This document shows, piece after piece, positions 45,798 to 59,269 of a stretch of 64,000 bases of DNA. Location of the stretch: assembly GCF_009914755.1 (NCBI RefSeq), contig NC_060928.1. One strand, 5' to 3'. The notes under the pieces are model-generated. The model worked only from the letters and a program-made list of their open reading frames with translations. It made no database searches and was not told the DNA's origin. Numbering within the stretch: position 1 is the stretch's first letter; every line of letters begins with the position of its first letter. The position numbers and the translations under genes are program-made. Source of the stretch: the human T2T-CHM13v2.0 reference genome, Homo sapiens.

Positions 45798-48121
45798 TAT
45801 ATATGAAGCACTAAGTACAGGGTCTCACACGCAGAAGAACCTACGTAAGAGTTTACTAACACTTTATGCTAAACAACTTCATGTCTAACTAAAAATAGAT
45901 GTTCACTAATACACCAAATGCAAACCATATAAACATCAAGACTCCAGAAAACCTTACCCACATGTATCAATATTAAACAAAACATCAAGACAATTCCAAG
46001 TAAAGAAAAATATACATATATACAGCACAGTAACTTTTTTATTCTTCCAGACTCCAATCCTTTGTCAATCTATCCTACAGGTAGCCAAATAGATTAAACT
46101 TCCTAAAGCAATGTTGTGTTTAAGTCACTCCTACTAAGGATCTTTAAAATCTCTACATACATCTACAGGAGAAGCCTCAAACCCACCCAGACTAGAATGG
46201 AGCCTCCGGTACCCTGTACTTTAAAGTACTTACAACAGTATGTAATTCTCTATTTGAGTGACTGATAAATATCTTTCTCACCCACTAGAACAAAAGCCAG
46301 GAGATAAGGTGTGTGTTTTACCCTCCACTGTACTGCCACCATCTATCACAGTGCATGGCCCGAGGCAGGTGCTCAGTAAACATTTGTTGGATGAATGAAC
46401 CTCATCTTCTATCAAGGCTCACATCACCATCTAATATGGATGTCCCTTGAGGGTCTGCAAAACATTCTCTCATAAATTTTCTCATCTGACCTTCATAGTA
46501 AGCTTTTGGGGAAGAAAGCCAGAGCAGATGAGAAAACCAAGGCCCAAAAGTTCACTGAGTCACCCAAGACCACATTCTTAATAAGTGGCAAAGACCCAAG
46601 TGTGTTAACTCCTAGTCTAGGGTTCCTTTCAGAACATTCTGCTGCCTGGGTTAAATCCAATACAAATACTTGAGCCATAACCTTGTCTTGTACTTTTCTG
46701 CCTCTGCAGTTTTTACACTTCCCTTCCACCCACCCAGAACTGCCTCCTACCTCTTTTCCTACTTTTCATTCATTAAACAAATATTTATTAAGGACTGTGA
46801 TTGATGGGCAAACTCTCCTTCTTCCTTGAGGGTCCACCAGTGTGTTGTATACGTGTCACGTCTATTGCACAGACATCCATTTACTCGCTCAACAAAAAGT
46901 TTTCTGTTCTACAGACATGTATTTGTTCTTTCAATACAATGACGAACACTTGCCAAGTGTCATACAGTGTGAGGTTCCAAGGAGAACTGTGTTCTAATGT
47001 TCTGAGAAACTACTGAAGTTTCTCAAAGAGAACAACAATGTAAATTAACCTGTTTTAAAACACAATACAACTGCTGCCATTCACACAGCCTGAGATGTCC
47101 GAGTACCTCAATTGGGAAGTAAATCAAACACTAACACCTAACATAAATCATATCAACATATATATCAATTTAAAAATATGTATAGATTCAATTCATCTAC
47201 CGTCATGTAAAAAAATAGATTCACACAACATACACAGGTAAAGTATCCCCAGGTCTACTCTACTAAAATAGTTTTTATCTATCAGGTCTGTTAAATAGTT
47301 AACAGCCCTTCTCAAACTTGTCAGCTCAAAAGAACACACAATTAAAATGGAACAACAGATTTGGGAATCTCACGCTTCTAGATTACCAGCCCAGAACCAC
47401 AACTCTAAATATAACAGCAATAAACCTGCAATAATCCTCATGAAATATAGCATCAATTAAATGCTGGTACAAGAAATGTAATGCAGAATTACTGCCGTAT
47501 TAATACTCCCTGAAGATAAATCACTAAAGACTTTAAGCAAGTGAAAATCGATTCTGTGAATATTTAACACAGCTGGCTTTATTTAAAAATTCCCAAAACA
47601 GACACATACTGGCATAAAAAAGAACTACAAAGGGTTAATAACACTAGATTATATATAAATTCAGAAGTAAGGAAGACAGCTGCCTGGGAATCTTATCTTG
47701 GAAATAATATTTTAAAACCTCAGGGAAAGCAAACAAAATGGTACTTGATAACGTGTTAACTCATTAGAGAATTTAATACAAACAACATCCAACTAATCCT
47801 TCTCTTTCTTTCATACTTAAATTTCAATGCTGAATTTAAGAGACCAACATCAGATAAGACAAAAAGGGAAAGTACAGGAACAAAACAGCTCTCAGAATGG
47901 ACACAAACCTGAGAAATCATTTGTCTCTGTGGGCAAAGGTTTGGGTTAGTGAAGAGCTTCCATCAGTGTAAGGCAGCATGCCTGACCCCCTCCTCGCTAT
48001 CTCTTACAAGGACACAAATGCTTTTAAACACCATGGTCCTGTGAATCCCGAATAAATCAAAGTAAACCTGCATGAAGGTGGGGTTATGTGTGCTTGATTC
48101 AGGGTCCTTAAGAGTAAACTT

Positions 48122-48470
<349 letters not shown>

Positions 48471-49459
48471 AAACAGTAAATGTGGGCACATGTTTTCTTG
48501 TGTCTTCCAGTGGACCAGAATGACCTCCCACCTTCAAGGACTCCTGATCACTTTACCTTGATTGTCTACAAGGGAATGATTTACAAATCCTACACTATGA
48601 CCATCCTCAAGAGGCCTCATTAAGAAAAGCTTCTCCTGTATTAAATCCAAAGCTGTTTTCATTGTATAGTTTAATTCTACTTCCTTCCTTTTTTCCCTCT
48701 GTGAACTCAGTGGAGAAGAATGAACCCCTGAAAGAAGTCCCTTTCATCTAAAAAAAAAATCACATTTGATCAAATGAATCCTATGGGTTAACAGAATAGG
48801 TGCTCTCTTCAAAAGAGCAGGAACGTCAGTGATCAAATTTAATCCCATCAATTACATTTAAAAAATCTTTTTAAGAGCTAATATGGCCTTGTAGAAACTA
48901 AACATTTAATATCTCCTTTGATTATGAAATTGCACAGGTTTTCTGAAAGCTTAAGTTCACACCTTCACCCACATTCAATTCCAAGCAGGCACAGAGTTTT
49001 TCCTAAACTGTTTCACCAAGCCATTGTGGGGAGTTGGGGAAGTTGCCAGGGGCAAGGCTACAACTCAAGGGCCCTTTTGTTTCACGCTACTCTTTCGGTT
49101 GCCTTTTTGGGTCTTCCGCTCCCTTACCTTGGATAATGGGAGACGATGAAACTCAAGTGGGTTAATTATACTTTGCTTATAACTCTTGATTTTAAGACAC
49201 GTGAAAGAAGAAATTGAAACGTGCTTAAAATTGTTTTTGGATGTAAATTATCCCAAGAGCTAATTATGTATAATTTCTTCATTTTCTTTATTCATGCAAG
49301 TGAATCGCAGTAAACATCCTTTTAGGTCAAATATTTCTTCCCTTATGACTTCATGACTAATTCTATGTAAGCCTAACACACTCTTACTCCTTAAGAACTC
49401 AGTATTAATATACTATCCTGTTAGGAAGAAAGGAGCTAGAACTTGCTCGAAAGGGACTA

Positions 49460-49775
<316 letters not shown>

Positions 49776-50251
49776 AAAGGGACTACCATAACATACTTTG
49801 GCATGAAGCCATCTTTACTCTGTAGAGTTAAATAACCTTGTAACAGAAAAGGAGGCGTGAGAAGTACCTAACTTCCCTTCTAAGAAGGTCACATAAAGAT
49901 CTTTCCATCTCTAGCATCCTAGTGACTCCGCATCTCCAGGATAAACAAGGGAGAGACAGTTGTAAAGTCAAGGGCTGTCTATATTTACAGTCTCCATTTC
50001 TCTCCTCCCATTAAGCTCACTCCAATTAGGCTTTCATTCCTACCATTCTATCAAAACTGCTTGTCAAGATCACCAATGACCTCCATGTTGCCAAAGCCAA
50101 TGGTCAATTTGAACCTTCATTCTACTGAATGATTACTCTAATTGCGAACATTCAGTACCTGCCTTCTTGGTGATCTCACCAAGGTAACCTTGGTTAATCT
50201 CACAGCTTCAAACACCTTCTACAAATTCATGATTTATAAATCACATCTCCA

Positions 50252-50289
50252 GTATTGGTGGTATAGTGGTGAACATAGCTGCCTTTCAA
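50252..50289 (+). pseudogene. Tailless retropseudogene: 5' half of tRNA-Gly(TCC)
   Basis: gtattggtggtatagtggtgaacatagctgcctttcaa versus recalled human tRNA-Gly-TCC 5' end GCGTTGGTGGTATAGTGGTGAGCATAGCTGCCTTCCAA (34/38); flanked by aaatcacat(c/t)tcca direct repeats. Confidence 0.88.
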
Positions 50290-50377
50290 ATCACATTTCC
50301 AGCTGAAACTTCTTTGAACTCTGGATTCCAGAATCTCTCATATATCCAACTGCCTATTCAATATCATCACATGAATA

Positions 50378-50756
50378 GCTATATTAATCTGTTTTCACAC
50401 TGCTATGAAGAACTGCCTGAGACTGGGTAATTTATAAAGGAAAGACATTTAATTGACTCACAGATCAGCATGGCTGGGAGGCCTCAGGAAACTTACAATC
50501 ATGGCAGAAGGTGAAGGGGAAGCAAGGCGCCTTCCTCACAAGGCAGCAGGAAGGAGAAGTGCCAAGCCAAGGGGGAAGAGCCCCTTATAAAACCATCAGA
50601 TATTGTGAGAACTCACTGACTACCATTAGAACAGCATGGGGAAACCACCCCCATGATTCAATTACCTCTACCTACTTTCTCCCTTGACATGTGGGAATTA
50701 TGGGGAATACAATTCAAGATGAGATTTGGGTGGGGTCACAAAGCCTAACCATACCA
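50378..50756 (-). mobile_element. THE1D-like MaLR solo LTR
   Basis: cctgagactgggtaatttataaagg...gagatttgggtggggtcaca...aaccatacca. Confidence 0.88.
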
Positions 50757-51156
50757 ATGTCTAAGAAGCATCAGAAACCTAAGTCCTAAATCAAACTCCT
50801 AATGGTACCTCCAAACTGGCTTCTTCCAAGACCTTGCCCATCTCAGTAAATGGCAATTCCATTCTTGCAGTTGCCCAGGAGAGCCATCCTTGTCTATGCT
50901 TACATTCTCTTTCTCTCTCTCTCAGTCCATATCTAATTTATAAGGAAATTCTGTCAGCTGTACCTTATATCTGGAACCTGTCCACACCACCGCCCTCTCT
51001 AGCACCCTGGCCCAGCAATCACCATTGTCTCGCCTGGCTTTTTACAATGACTCTGCTTCCTCCTTTCATTCTATTCTCCACAAAACAGTGATCCTTTATA
51101 AACCTAAGTTGGATTGCATCATTCCTCTGCTCAAAACCCATTGACGGCTTTCCACC

Positions 51157-52151
51157 TGTTACAGGTTGAACTGTGTCCCTCAAAAATTCATATGTTACAC
51201 TCTTAACCTCCAGTACCACAGAATGTGATCGTATTCAGAAATAATGTCATTGCAGATGTAATTAGTTAAGATGAGGTCATTTAGGTGGGCCCCAATTCCA
51301 ATATGAATGATGTCCTTATAAAAAGGGAAAATTTGGACACAGAGACACATACATAGGGAGAACACCATGTGAAGATGAAGGCAGAGATCTATAAGCCAAG
51401 GAATGCCACATATTGCCAGGAAACCACCAAGAGCTAGGAGAGAGGGATGGAACAGATTCTCTTTCTCTCATGATCTTCAGAAGGAACCAACTCTACCAAT
51501 AACCTGAGTCAGACTTCCAGCCTCCAGAACTGTAAAACAATAATTTGTGTTGTTTAAGCCAGTTGTCCCCAACCTTTTTGGCACCAAGAAGTTGTTTCAT
51601 GGAAGACAATTTTTCTATGGACTGGGGGAGTTGCAGGGGGTGGGAGGGGGCGGTTCATGATGATTCAAGCGCACTACAGTTATTGTGCACTTTATTTCTA
51701 TTATTATTTCATTGTAATTTATAATGAAATAATTATACAACTCATCACAATGTAGAATCAGTGGGAGCCCTGAGCTTGTTTTCCTGCAACTAGATGGTCC
51801 CATCTGGGAGTGATGGGAGACAGCGACAGATCATCAGGCATTAGATTCCCATAAAGAGCGTACAACCTAGATCCCTCACATGTGCAGTTCACAATAGGAT
51901 TCGTGCTCCTTAGAGAATCTAAGGCCACCACTGATCTGACAGGGGGCAGAGCTCAGGTGGTAATGAGAGCCATGGGGAGCGGCTGTAAATACATATGAAG
52001 CTTCATTCGCTGGCCTGCCACTCTCCTCTTGCTGTGTGGCCCAGTTGCTAACAGGCCACAGACCAGTATCCCTGGCTGGGGGTAGAAGACCCCTGGGTTA
52101 AGCCACCCAGTTTATAGTAGTTTGTTACAGCAGCCCTAGCAAAGTAATACA
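51157..52151 (+). mobile_element. MLT1C MaLR LTR interrupted by MER1A
   Basis: tgttacaggttgaactgtgtcc...gcagccctagcaaagtaataca; 5-bp TSD ccacc. Confidence 0.88.
51560..52095 (-). mobile_element. MER1A hAT DNA transposon
   Basis: Reverse-complement homologue of 8403-8918; 8-bp TSD g(t/g)ttaagc. Confidence 0.9.
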
Positions 52152-52436
52152 CCACCTCATAAAGGATAAAAGGCAATGGCCAAAAGACCCTACATGCTCA
52201 TACCCTAGCTCACACACTGGCCCCCTTATTGTTCCTCCAACAGGCCAGGCTCATGTCTAGCCTTTGCTCTAGCTCTTCCCTGGGCTTAGACCACTCTGCC
52301 CCAGAGCCCTTAATTCCTTTAGACCTCTGTTTAAATAGCTCCTTAAGGCCTTCTCCTCCCTCCAACACTGTCTGTCCCCCTCATCCACTTTATTTTTCTC
52401 CATTGTGTGTCACCACCAGGTACTTTAAGTACTTAT

Positions 52437-52808
52437 TGTGGCAGACTGGGAGATGCATTGCTAGATCCCCCAATAAAGAAAGAACTTGCTGAGCAAATGC
52501 AGGTAAACAGCGTCCATGACTCAGTTCCTTGGGGTCAGCCTTGGCTACAGAGTGCAGCCTCACCTGCCTGAGGTCACATCCTTCCCAGGGTAGTCCACAC
52601 CTCTGTGTGGGACACTCTGAGAGGTGACATTCACTGCAGAGCTCTCTGGAAGGTTGGCAGAGACTCCGCCAAACCTGCATCACAGCTCAGCTTCTTCCCC
52701 TGCACAATTCTCCTTCCACCTCCTGTTCACAGGAATTGATCGCAAATAAACATCCTGCTTCCCAAACTCCATTTCAGCGTCCGCCTGTGGAGAATCCAAC
52801 CTGAGACA
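52437..52808 (+). mobile_element. ERVL solo LTR (LTR16-like)
   Basis: tgtgg...aataaacatcctgc...aatccaacctgagaca; 5-bp TSD cttat. Confidence 0.75.
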
Positions 52809-55800
52809 CTTATCTATCTCCCTTCACTAGAGTGTAATCTTACTGAGGGCAGGAACTTTGTTTCATTGTATCCCCAAAGCCTAAAATGGCACCTCGCAGG
52901 AAAGGAGAAATGATTGAATGGAAATATATGGATGGATGAAGGAGAGCAGAAAGAAGAAAGGGCAATAAGTATTTGGATAGATGACTGGCCCCTGGATACA
53001 ACAAAAGCATCTTAATATGGTTATTATGTATCACAAAGCAAAAGGAATACACAGCATTACAATGAAGCTGTGTGAGGTTTCTAAAATGCACATTGCTATT
53101 GATTTCAGAGAATCTTAAAAACAATGTGTACTAAGTTTTCCTAAGGTTCACTTCTTCTCTTGATGCCCATGACCTTTCCCCCTAAGATTTCAAATTTCAC
53201 AACCACAAGATCTACCATAAAGAGGGTTTCAGGACCCTAACCTTTAAGGTAGGGAATATGCTGTATAGTAACTGTTCAATCACTCTGTGACACCTTTATG
53301 TAATTCTTAACTCCCATTTCAAAGAAAACTCTGCTCTGCACATTATCATTATAAATAGTTTATTATAGCTTTTCTTCTTTATTGACTATGTCAAATAAAA
53401 TAGTATTTTTTTCATTCAAAATAGTATTTCTTTCTTTCTCAGAGAATTGGCCTTCACTTTATTGCAACATCTTAATTGCATTTGGCTCTGGAAAGTGATT
53501 TAAAATAGATTTTCCATGCCCTATAACCGGCTAGTCATTTAGACCAAATAAAGCTGATTTCTACCTGGTCACGTACTTCATGCCAATTCCATCAGAATGT
53601 GTTAAGCCTGACTATAAAGTAATAGAGCTGAGGAGTGTTGTGTGTGTTTGGTTTAGAATCACTTTCATTTCTTTACACAGCACTGCACGATGAGATTTCA
53701 AGTGAAAAATGTAAAGTCATGTTTAATACCAAAAACACCCCCAACAAAAACAACAAATCACCCCCACACTAGAGCTACTATACTGGTCTGTAACTACTCT
53801 ACCACACTCTAAGGCAAATTGATTCACAACAGTGTCTGTATGTTTATAGCACAAGAATGTCTTACACAGATGTACCCGAAATATTTTATAACCATAAATA
53901 TGAATAACAGAGTCTTCCTAGTCAGACCTATCTAATTTCATCAGCCTTCTGAAATTATATCTTTCACTAAAGCAGCCTCAGGGTACAAATGCAATAAGAT
54001 AACATTAATTAAAATACATAAAACCATCCAGGAGTAGCAAGTAGTATACTATGTTTTTTTAAAGAGCAGAAATTGAACTAAAAATAGTAATCACTATTTT
54101 GCCAGCTCAAAAAGCTAGGTCTTACATAGTGCCTGAAGCTACAATTCTATTACTACCAAGGTAGGATAATAATTAGTATGTTATTCACTTGTCTGGTATG
54201 CACCTAGCTTTGCAGGGCTGTGTATGTATGCTCACTTTGCAGCTAAGACCTTCGGTTCTCAGCAACCTGTTTGCCATTAAGCAGATTCCAAGAAGTTCAA
54301 AAATACAATGTGTCAACCCTTACACTATGTCAACAACTGTTTCACTCAAAAAAATGCAGAGTCTATACAATCCTATGGAAACACTCAGTATTACCACTGT
54401 TGTAGTTCAGATCTCTACTTTATCTGGAAACAAATTACTGCTGACTAGAAATAAAGCACCATCATTACCCATACCCTTGACTTACATTGCAATAAACCCA
54501 CCATAAATTGAAAATATCATGAGTAAAAAATGCATTTAATACAGCACTATTATTATTACTAACTACAACTACTTTTGCACTGTTGGGTGTTCACAGCAAC
54601 CCTATCAGGTAGGTATTAATCGATAAACATGCTCAATGCCATACAACTAGGACATTATGAAGCCAGAGCTGATACCTAAACTTGTCAGACTCCAAATCCA
54701 TGCATTTGACTGTACTATATGTTCCTTTGAAATGCAAACAAATATTTAAGATGCATAGCAACAAAGAACTTAATTTTATCACTAAAATTCCTAGCTTCTG
54801 CACACATATAGGAATCATCAATATGAGAATGCTATTTTGTATTTTGTGTTTTCATTTAAGATTATTTCAAGTTTTAGCAAACAACCCCAGCACAGAAATA
54901 AAATCAAGTCAGAGATGAGCTTCTGTAAGAACTGTTTTCCTAATGAAGTGAAGATACAATGATACAAAATAAGATCTCAGGTAGCAAAAGGCAGCAGTCC
55001 TTTACTTGCCAAATATTAAAATGTAACACCTATCAAAATGGTGGGATTTCAGGTGATTTTTTAAAAAATGGCTTTTTATACTTTGTTATTTACTGCTGTG
55101 TTTCCTACTAAAAACCATGCCATTTTTATAACATGAAAAAAGATAAGAGTCTTTTAAATTTGAGAAAAACAAACAACATTAATAATACACAGTTGTACCA
55201 ATAGGCTAATATTATACACACAAACTTAAGTTCAGAGCTTATCTGCAGAAGTCATACACAGATAGGAGATAAATGAATTTAATGACCATGGGCTATGAAT
55301 TCAGAAGGCTTTGTTATCTTTACCAAACCATCAAGTACAATTCATGTTACCCTGGACGACTGTTCAGCTCATCAGAGACCCTATTTCCTCATTTGCAAAA
55401 AAGAATACTGTAATACTATCTATTGAACATGGTCATTGTAAGAATTAAATAAGCAACACAGACATTTATGTACACACATACACATTCATAAACTGTTAAG
55501 TGCCAACCAAGAGTTATTTATTATTATCAACCAAAACTTTTAAAATCTAAACTGAAAGATCCTTAAACAGACAGTACTCTCAATTCATTTATGTGACATG
55601 AGTTATCCATTTGTACTTTAGCTTCTTTTGTAATCCAAATCTCACTGCAGAGGCAAAGGAAAAAAGTTTCTATGTATGCATGTATGTATATATGTGTATA
55701 CATACATAAACATCTATTGAGATTTATATATTTATATTTTTCCCAAATGAGATCCTCAATAGCATGAAAAATCATTACTCCTTAACTCTTTCCAATACAT

Positions 55801-56141
55801 ATTTATGCAAAAGAGTTTAGACTGTATAATACAGCCAGTTTTAAATCAGATTTCCATTCAATTCACATTAAAGTGCCTATAAACTGTGATAGGTGCTTTT
55901 AGTTATGTATCTTTCTATTCTAGGGGAACATGTGGAGGTTGGCTTGTAGAAAAGAAAATCTAGAGACAGAACAACCAATTAGCAGGCTTTGCCATCATGA
56001 AGGTGAGAAAAAAATGAAGACATCTGGGGACTGAAAAAGAAAACAGGTTCCAGAGACATTTCCAGCCCTATTGACAAGCTACCTCCATGAAGTAAAAGAA
56101 AAGAATCTTAAAGAGGCAGGAAGATTTCCAGCTGTGGTGCC

Positions 56142-56484
56142 TGTTGCAGACTGAATGTTTGTTCCCCTCCAAAATTCATGTGTTGGAATCCCAACTCCAA
56201 ATGTGATGGTACTGGGAGGTGGGGTCTTTAAGAGGTGATTAGATCACGAGGGTACAGCCCTCATGGATGGGATTTGTGCCCTTATAAAAGATCCTCTACG
56301 AGCTTTCTGGCCCTTTTCTGCCATGTGAGGACACAGTGAGAAGATGGCCATCTATGAGCCAGAAAGCAGGACCCTAATCTGCCAGCACCTTCATCTCGAA
56401 CGTTTTCCAGCTTCCCGAACTGTGAGAAATAAGTGTCTGTTGTTTTAGAGTATTTTGTTACAGCAGCCTGAACAGACTAAAACA
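56142..56484 (+). mobile_element. MLT1A0-like MaLR solo LTR
   Basis: gactgaatgtttgttcccctccaaaattc...cagcagcctgaacagactaaaaca; TSD gtgcc. Confidence 0.88.
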
Positions 56485-56565
56485 GTGCCTGTGGGTGTGG
56501 GGATGCTTATGTGAACTAAGGTAAGGAACAAAGGCAGTTCTAACCGGGTTAAAAGTGGTGGCAAC

Positions 56566-56727
56566 TAGCAGGGTGTGGTGGCACGTGCCTGTAGTCTGGG
56601 CTACTAGGGAGGCTGAGGCGGGAGGTTTGCTTGAGCCTGGGAGGCACAGATGCAGTGAGCCAAGATCATGCCACTGCACTCCAGCCTAGGTGACAGTGAG
56701 ACCCCGTCTCAATTCAAAAAAAGAAAA
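56566..56727 (+). mobile_element. Alu right arm only (5'-truncated)
   Basis: TSD aaaagtggtggcaac on both sides. Confidence 0.9.
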
Positions 56728-56734
56728 AGTGGTG

Positions 56735-57290
56735 GCAACATACATGGCTGGTAGGAATGTAAACTGGAACCACCAATTTGGAAGACTTTATTAAACAACC
56801 TACACACCCCTTACAATTCAGCAATCCTACTCCTAAGAATATACCTAACAGAAATGCCTGGTAAGTGTCTACCAAAGGCAAATACAAGAATATTCATAGC
56901 ATCATTATTCCCAGTAGCCATAAACTGGAAAACCAAATGTCTGTCAACAGTAAAGTGGATAGGCTGAAGTATATTCATATAATATATACAGTGGGAAAAA
57001 CATGAGCTGTTGCTACTCACAACAACGTGGATGGTTGCACAGACGTGGTCAGAATGAAAGCACATACTGAATCACTTCATGATTCCATTTACACCAAGTT
57101 CAAAGAGGGAACACTTGCCTACAGTGATAAAGATACAATGGGAGGGGTACTGTCTGGAAGGGGCAGGAGGAAGGCCACAGGAGGGATAGGAATGTTATCT
57201 ATCTTGACCTGGGTAATGGCTAAACAGTTGCATATATATGGAAAAATCAAGCAGTACACCTAAGATCTGTGTGCTTTCCCTTAATGTAAA
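56735..57290 (+). mobile_element. Old L1 (L1ME-like) 3' end
   Basis: cagcaatcctactcctaagaatatacc...actggaaaaccaaatgtctgtcaacagtaaagtggata. Confidence 0.75.
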
Positions 57291-58042
57291 AGGTTAATGG
57301 GTAAATAAAAGTCTCCCAGCCCCAGAGCATTACAGTGACAGTAAATCCCCTCCGAAAACAGCTCTCTGGCTGCTGCTACCTAACAATAAAACAGCCTAAC
57401 CTCAGAAAATCAAGCAATAAAAGCATCTCAACAAATTAAAGTCCTCAGTACAAGTAAATAGCGGTATACTTCTCTCTCCTGAGGAAGTCATTAGCTAAGT
57501 ATTCTGGACATGGCTCAGATTCTTCAGCCATAGAACTGTGGTCCTTACATAGTAAGTCATTTCCTTTCTTCTTCTTTCTCTAACACCCCAGACAAAACTA
57601 ACTGATCCCTCCTCTGTGTTACATGAACAGGTTTCTCCACGATAACACTTACTGTCTGTGAACCCCTGGGAGACAGGCCTGGGGCCCATTCTCTTTTGTC
57701 TCCTAAGCACCTGCACGTTGCCTCAGCACAGGGTTGAAAATCTGTAACTGTTTCCTGAATTTAGTAAACAATTCAGCATGTCTTCAAATAGAAGTCCCTT
57801 AAAAATTCATGGCTAAAAATCAAAAGTCACATCTTCTTTCATTAATATTTAATTATCCAAATAGGTCCAATCTTACACGTGCTATTATTTTTTTTCATTA
57901 GAAAGTTGATAATCCCCCAGTGTTATAATCCTTGAAGAAATAAAAATGTCCCATAGTTTAACATACTGCTTAGTATTATTTCATTGTAGTATATTTGCTT
58001 TCTAAAACTTACTATATCAAAAGAATTTCCTACATAGGCTAT

Positions 58043-58348
58043 TTTTTTTTTTTTTTTTTTTTTTTTTTTGAGATGGAGTCTTGTTCCGTCGCCCAGGCTG
58101 GAGCGCAGTGCCGCGATCTCGGCTCACTGCAACCTCCACCTCCCAGGTTCAAGCAATTCTCTGCCTCAGCCCGCGAGTAGCTGGGATTACAGGCACCCAC
58201 CACCACACACGGCTAATTTTTATATTTTTAGTAGACACAGGGTTTCACCGTGTTGGCCAGGCTGGTCTTCAAACTCTTGACCTTGTGATCCACCTGCCTC
58301 AGCCTCCCAAAGCTCTGGGATTACAGGTTGTGAGGCACCGCACCCAGC
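58043..58348 (-). mobile_element. AluSc/Sg-like, full length
   Basis: Long poly-T; aggctatt on both flanks. Confidence 0.94.
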
Positions 58349-59269
58349 TACAAAGGCTATTTCTTAAAGTTCTGTGATTATCTCCTCAGAAGAGGTAGGA
58401 AAAGAAGAGCAAGTATCCAGCATGGAAAAGGGATATGCATCCACCTTTGTATTATTAGGTTTGGATACTAAGTGTATTTTGTTGCATAGATTATGCACAA
58501 GACAACTTCATACTAATCACACATACCTGTCCATAAAAACACGGCTTGACTCCTGGAGTCAGCTAAACTTTACCTCCAAAGTAACATAAAGTGGTTGCGC
58601 CATACAAAGTAAAACACTTTAAGAAGATCTGAAAAGAAAAAAGCCAAAGAAAGCTAATCCTCTACTTCTGATTAAGGAGCTTTGAAGAAATGGACCAACG
58701 CTGGTCTGCTGTTTCTGATGAACGAGAGCAGCAAAAAGGCTAGCAGAAGAAAAACCAGAGAGCTGTGGTTGGCCCATCATTTCCCATGTGGACCATGCTT
58801 TGAGACCCAACCTGATCGATTCAATTCTCTCTGAGGAGAAGCTTGGCAGGGACCCAGCGGAGTCAGGTCACACCCAAGAGGTCAAAAACATCTCAATGAC
58901 AGCAGCCTTGCCTATCCAGGAAGGAGAACGCTCAGACTGATAAAATATTTCACTCATGGGACCAGAGGACTGGAGTGGGGAGGATGAGGAGGGTGGACAA
59001 CTTCTACCACATGTATTTTCCTCCTTTGTCCACTTTAACCAATAAACAGCCTTCTCTCCCCCTTATTAATGCCTATGTGCTTAACATAATCGAACCACGT
59101 GGCTAGGTTATGAACAATCTGCAACAATCTAATTCCCCTGCCCAACCTGGTGTCCACTGACAACATCAACAGCTATCAAATCTTTTTAAAGTTTATTTCT
59201 ACGCATTCATTTATTTTTATTTCTCCCCCAACCCTCCTTTAAAAATCCAAGTGTGAAAGAAGATGGTTC

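Larger units (their letters stand above)
49980..52900 (+). mobile_element. L2 LINE broken up by younger insertions
   Basis: gtcaagatcaccaatgacctccatgttgccaaa; ccatctcagtaaatggcaattccattcttgcagttg; tgagggcaggaactttg. Confidence 0.75.

Noticed and set aside
50252-50289. Functional tRNA gene
   Set aside because: No T arm, B box or 3' acceptor strand; the anticodon position is mutated
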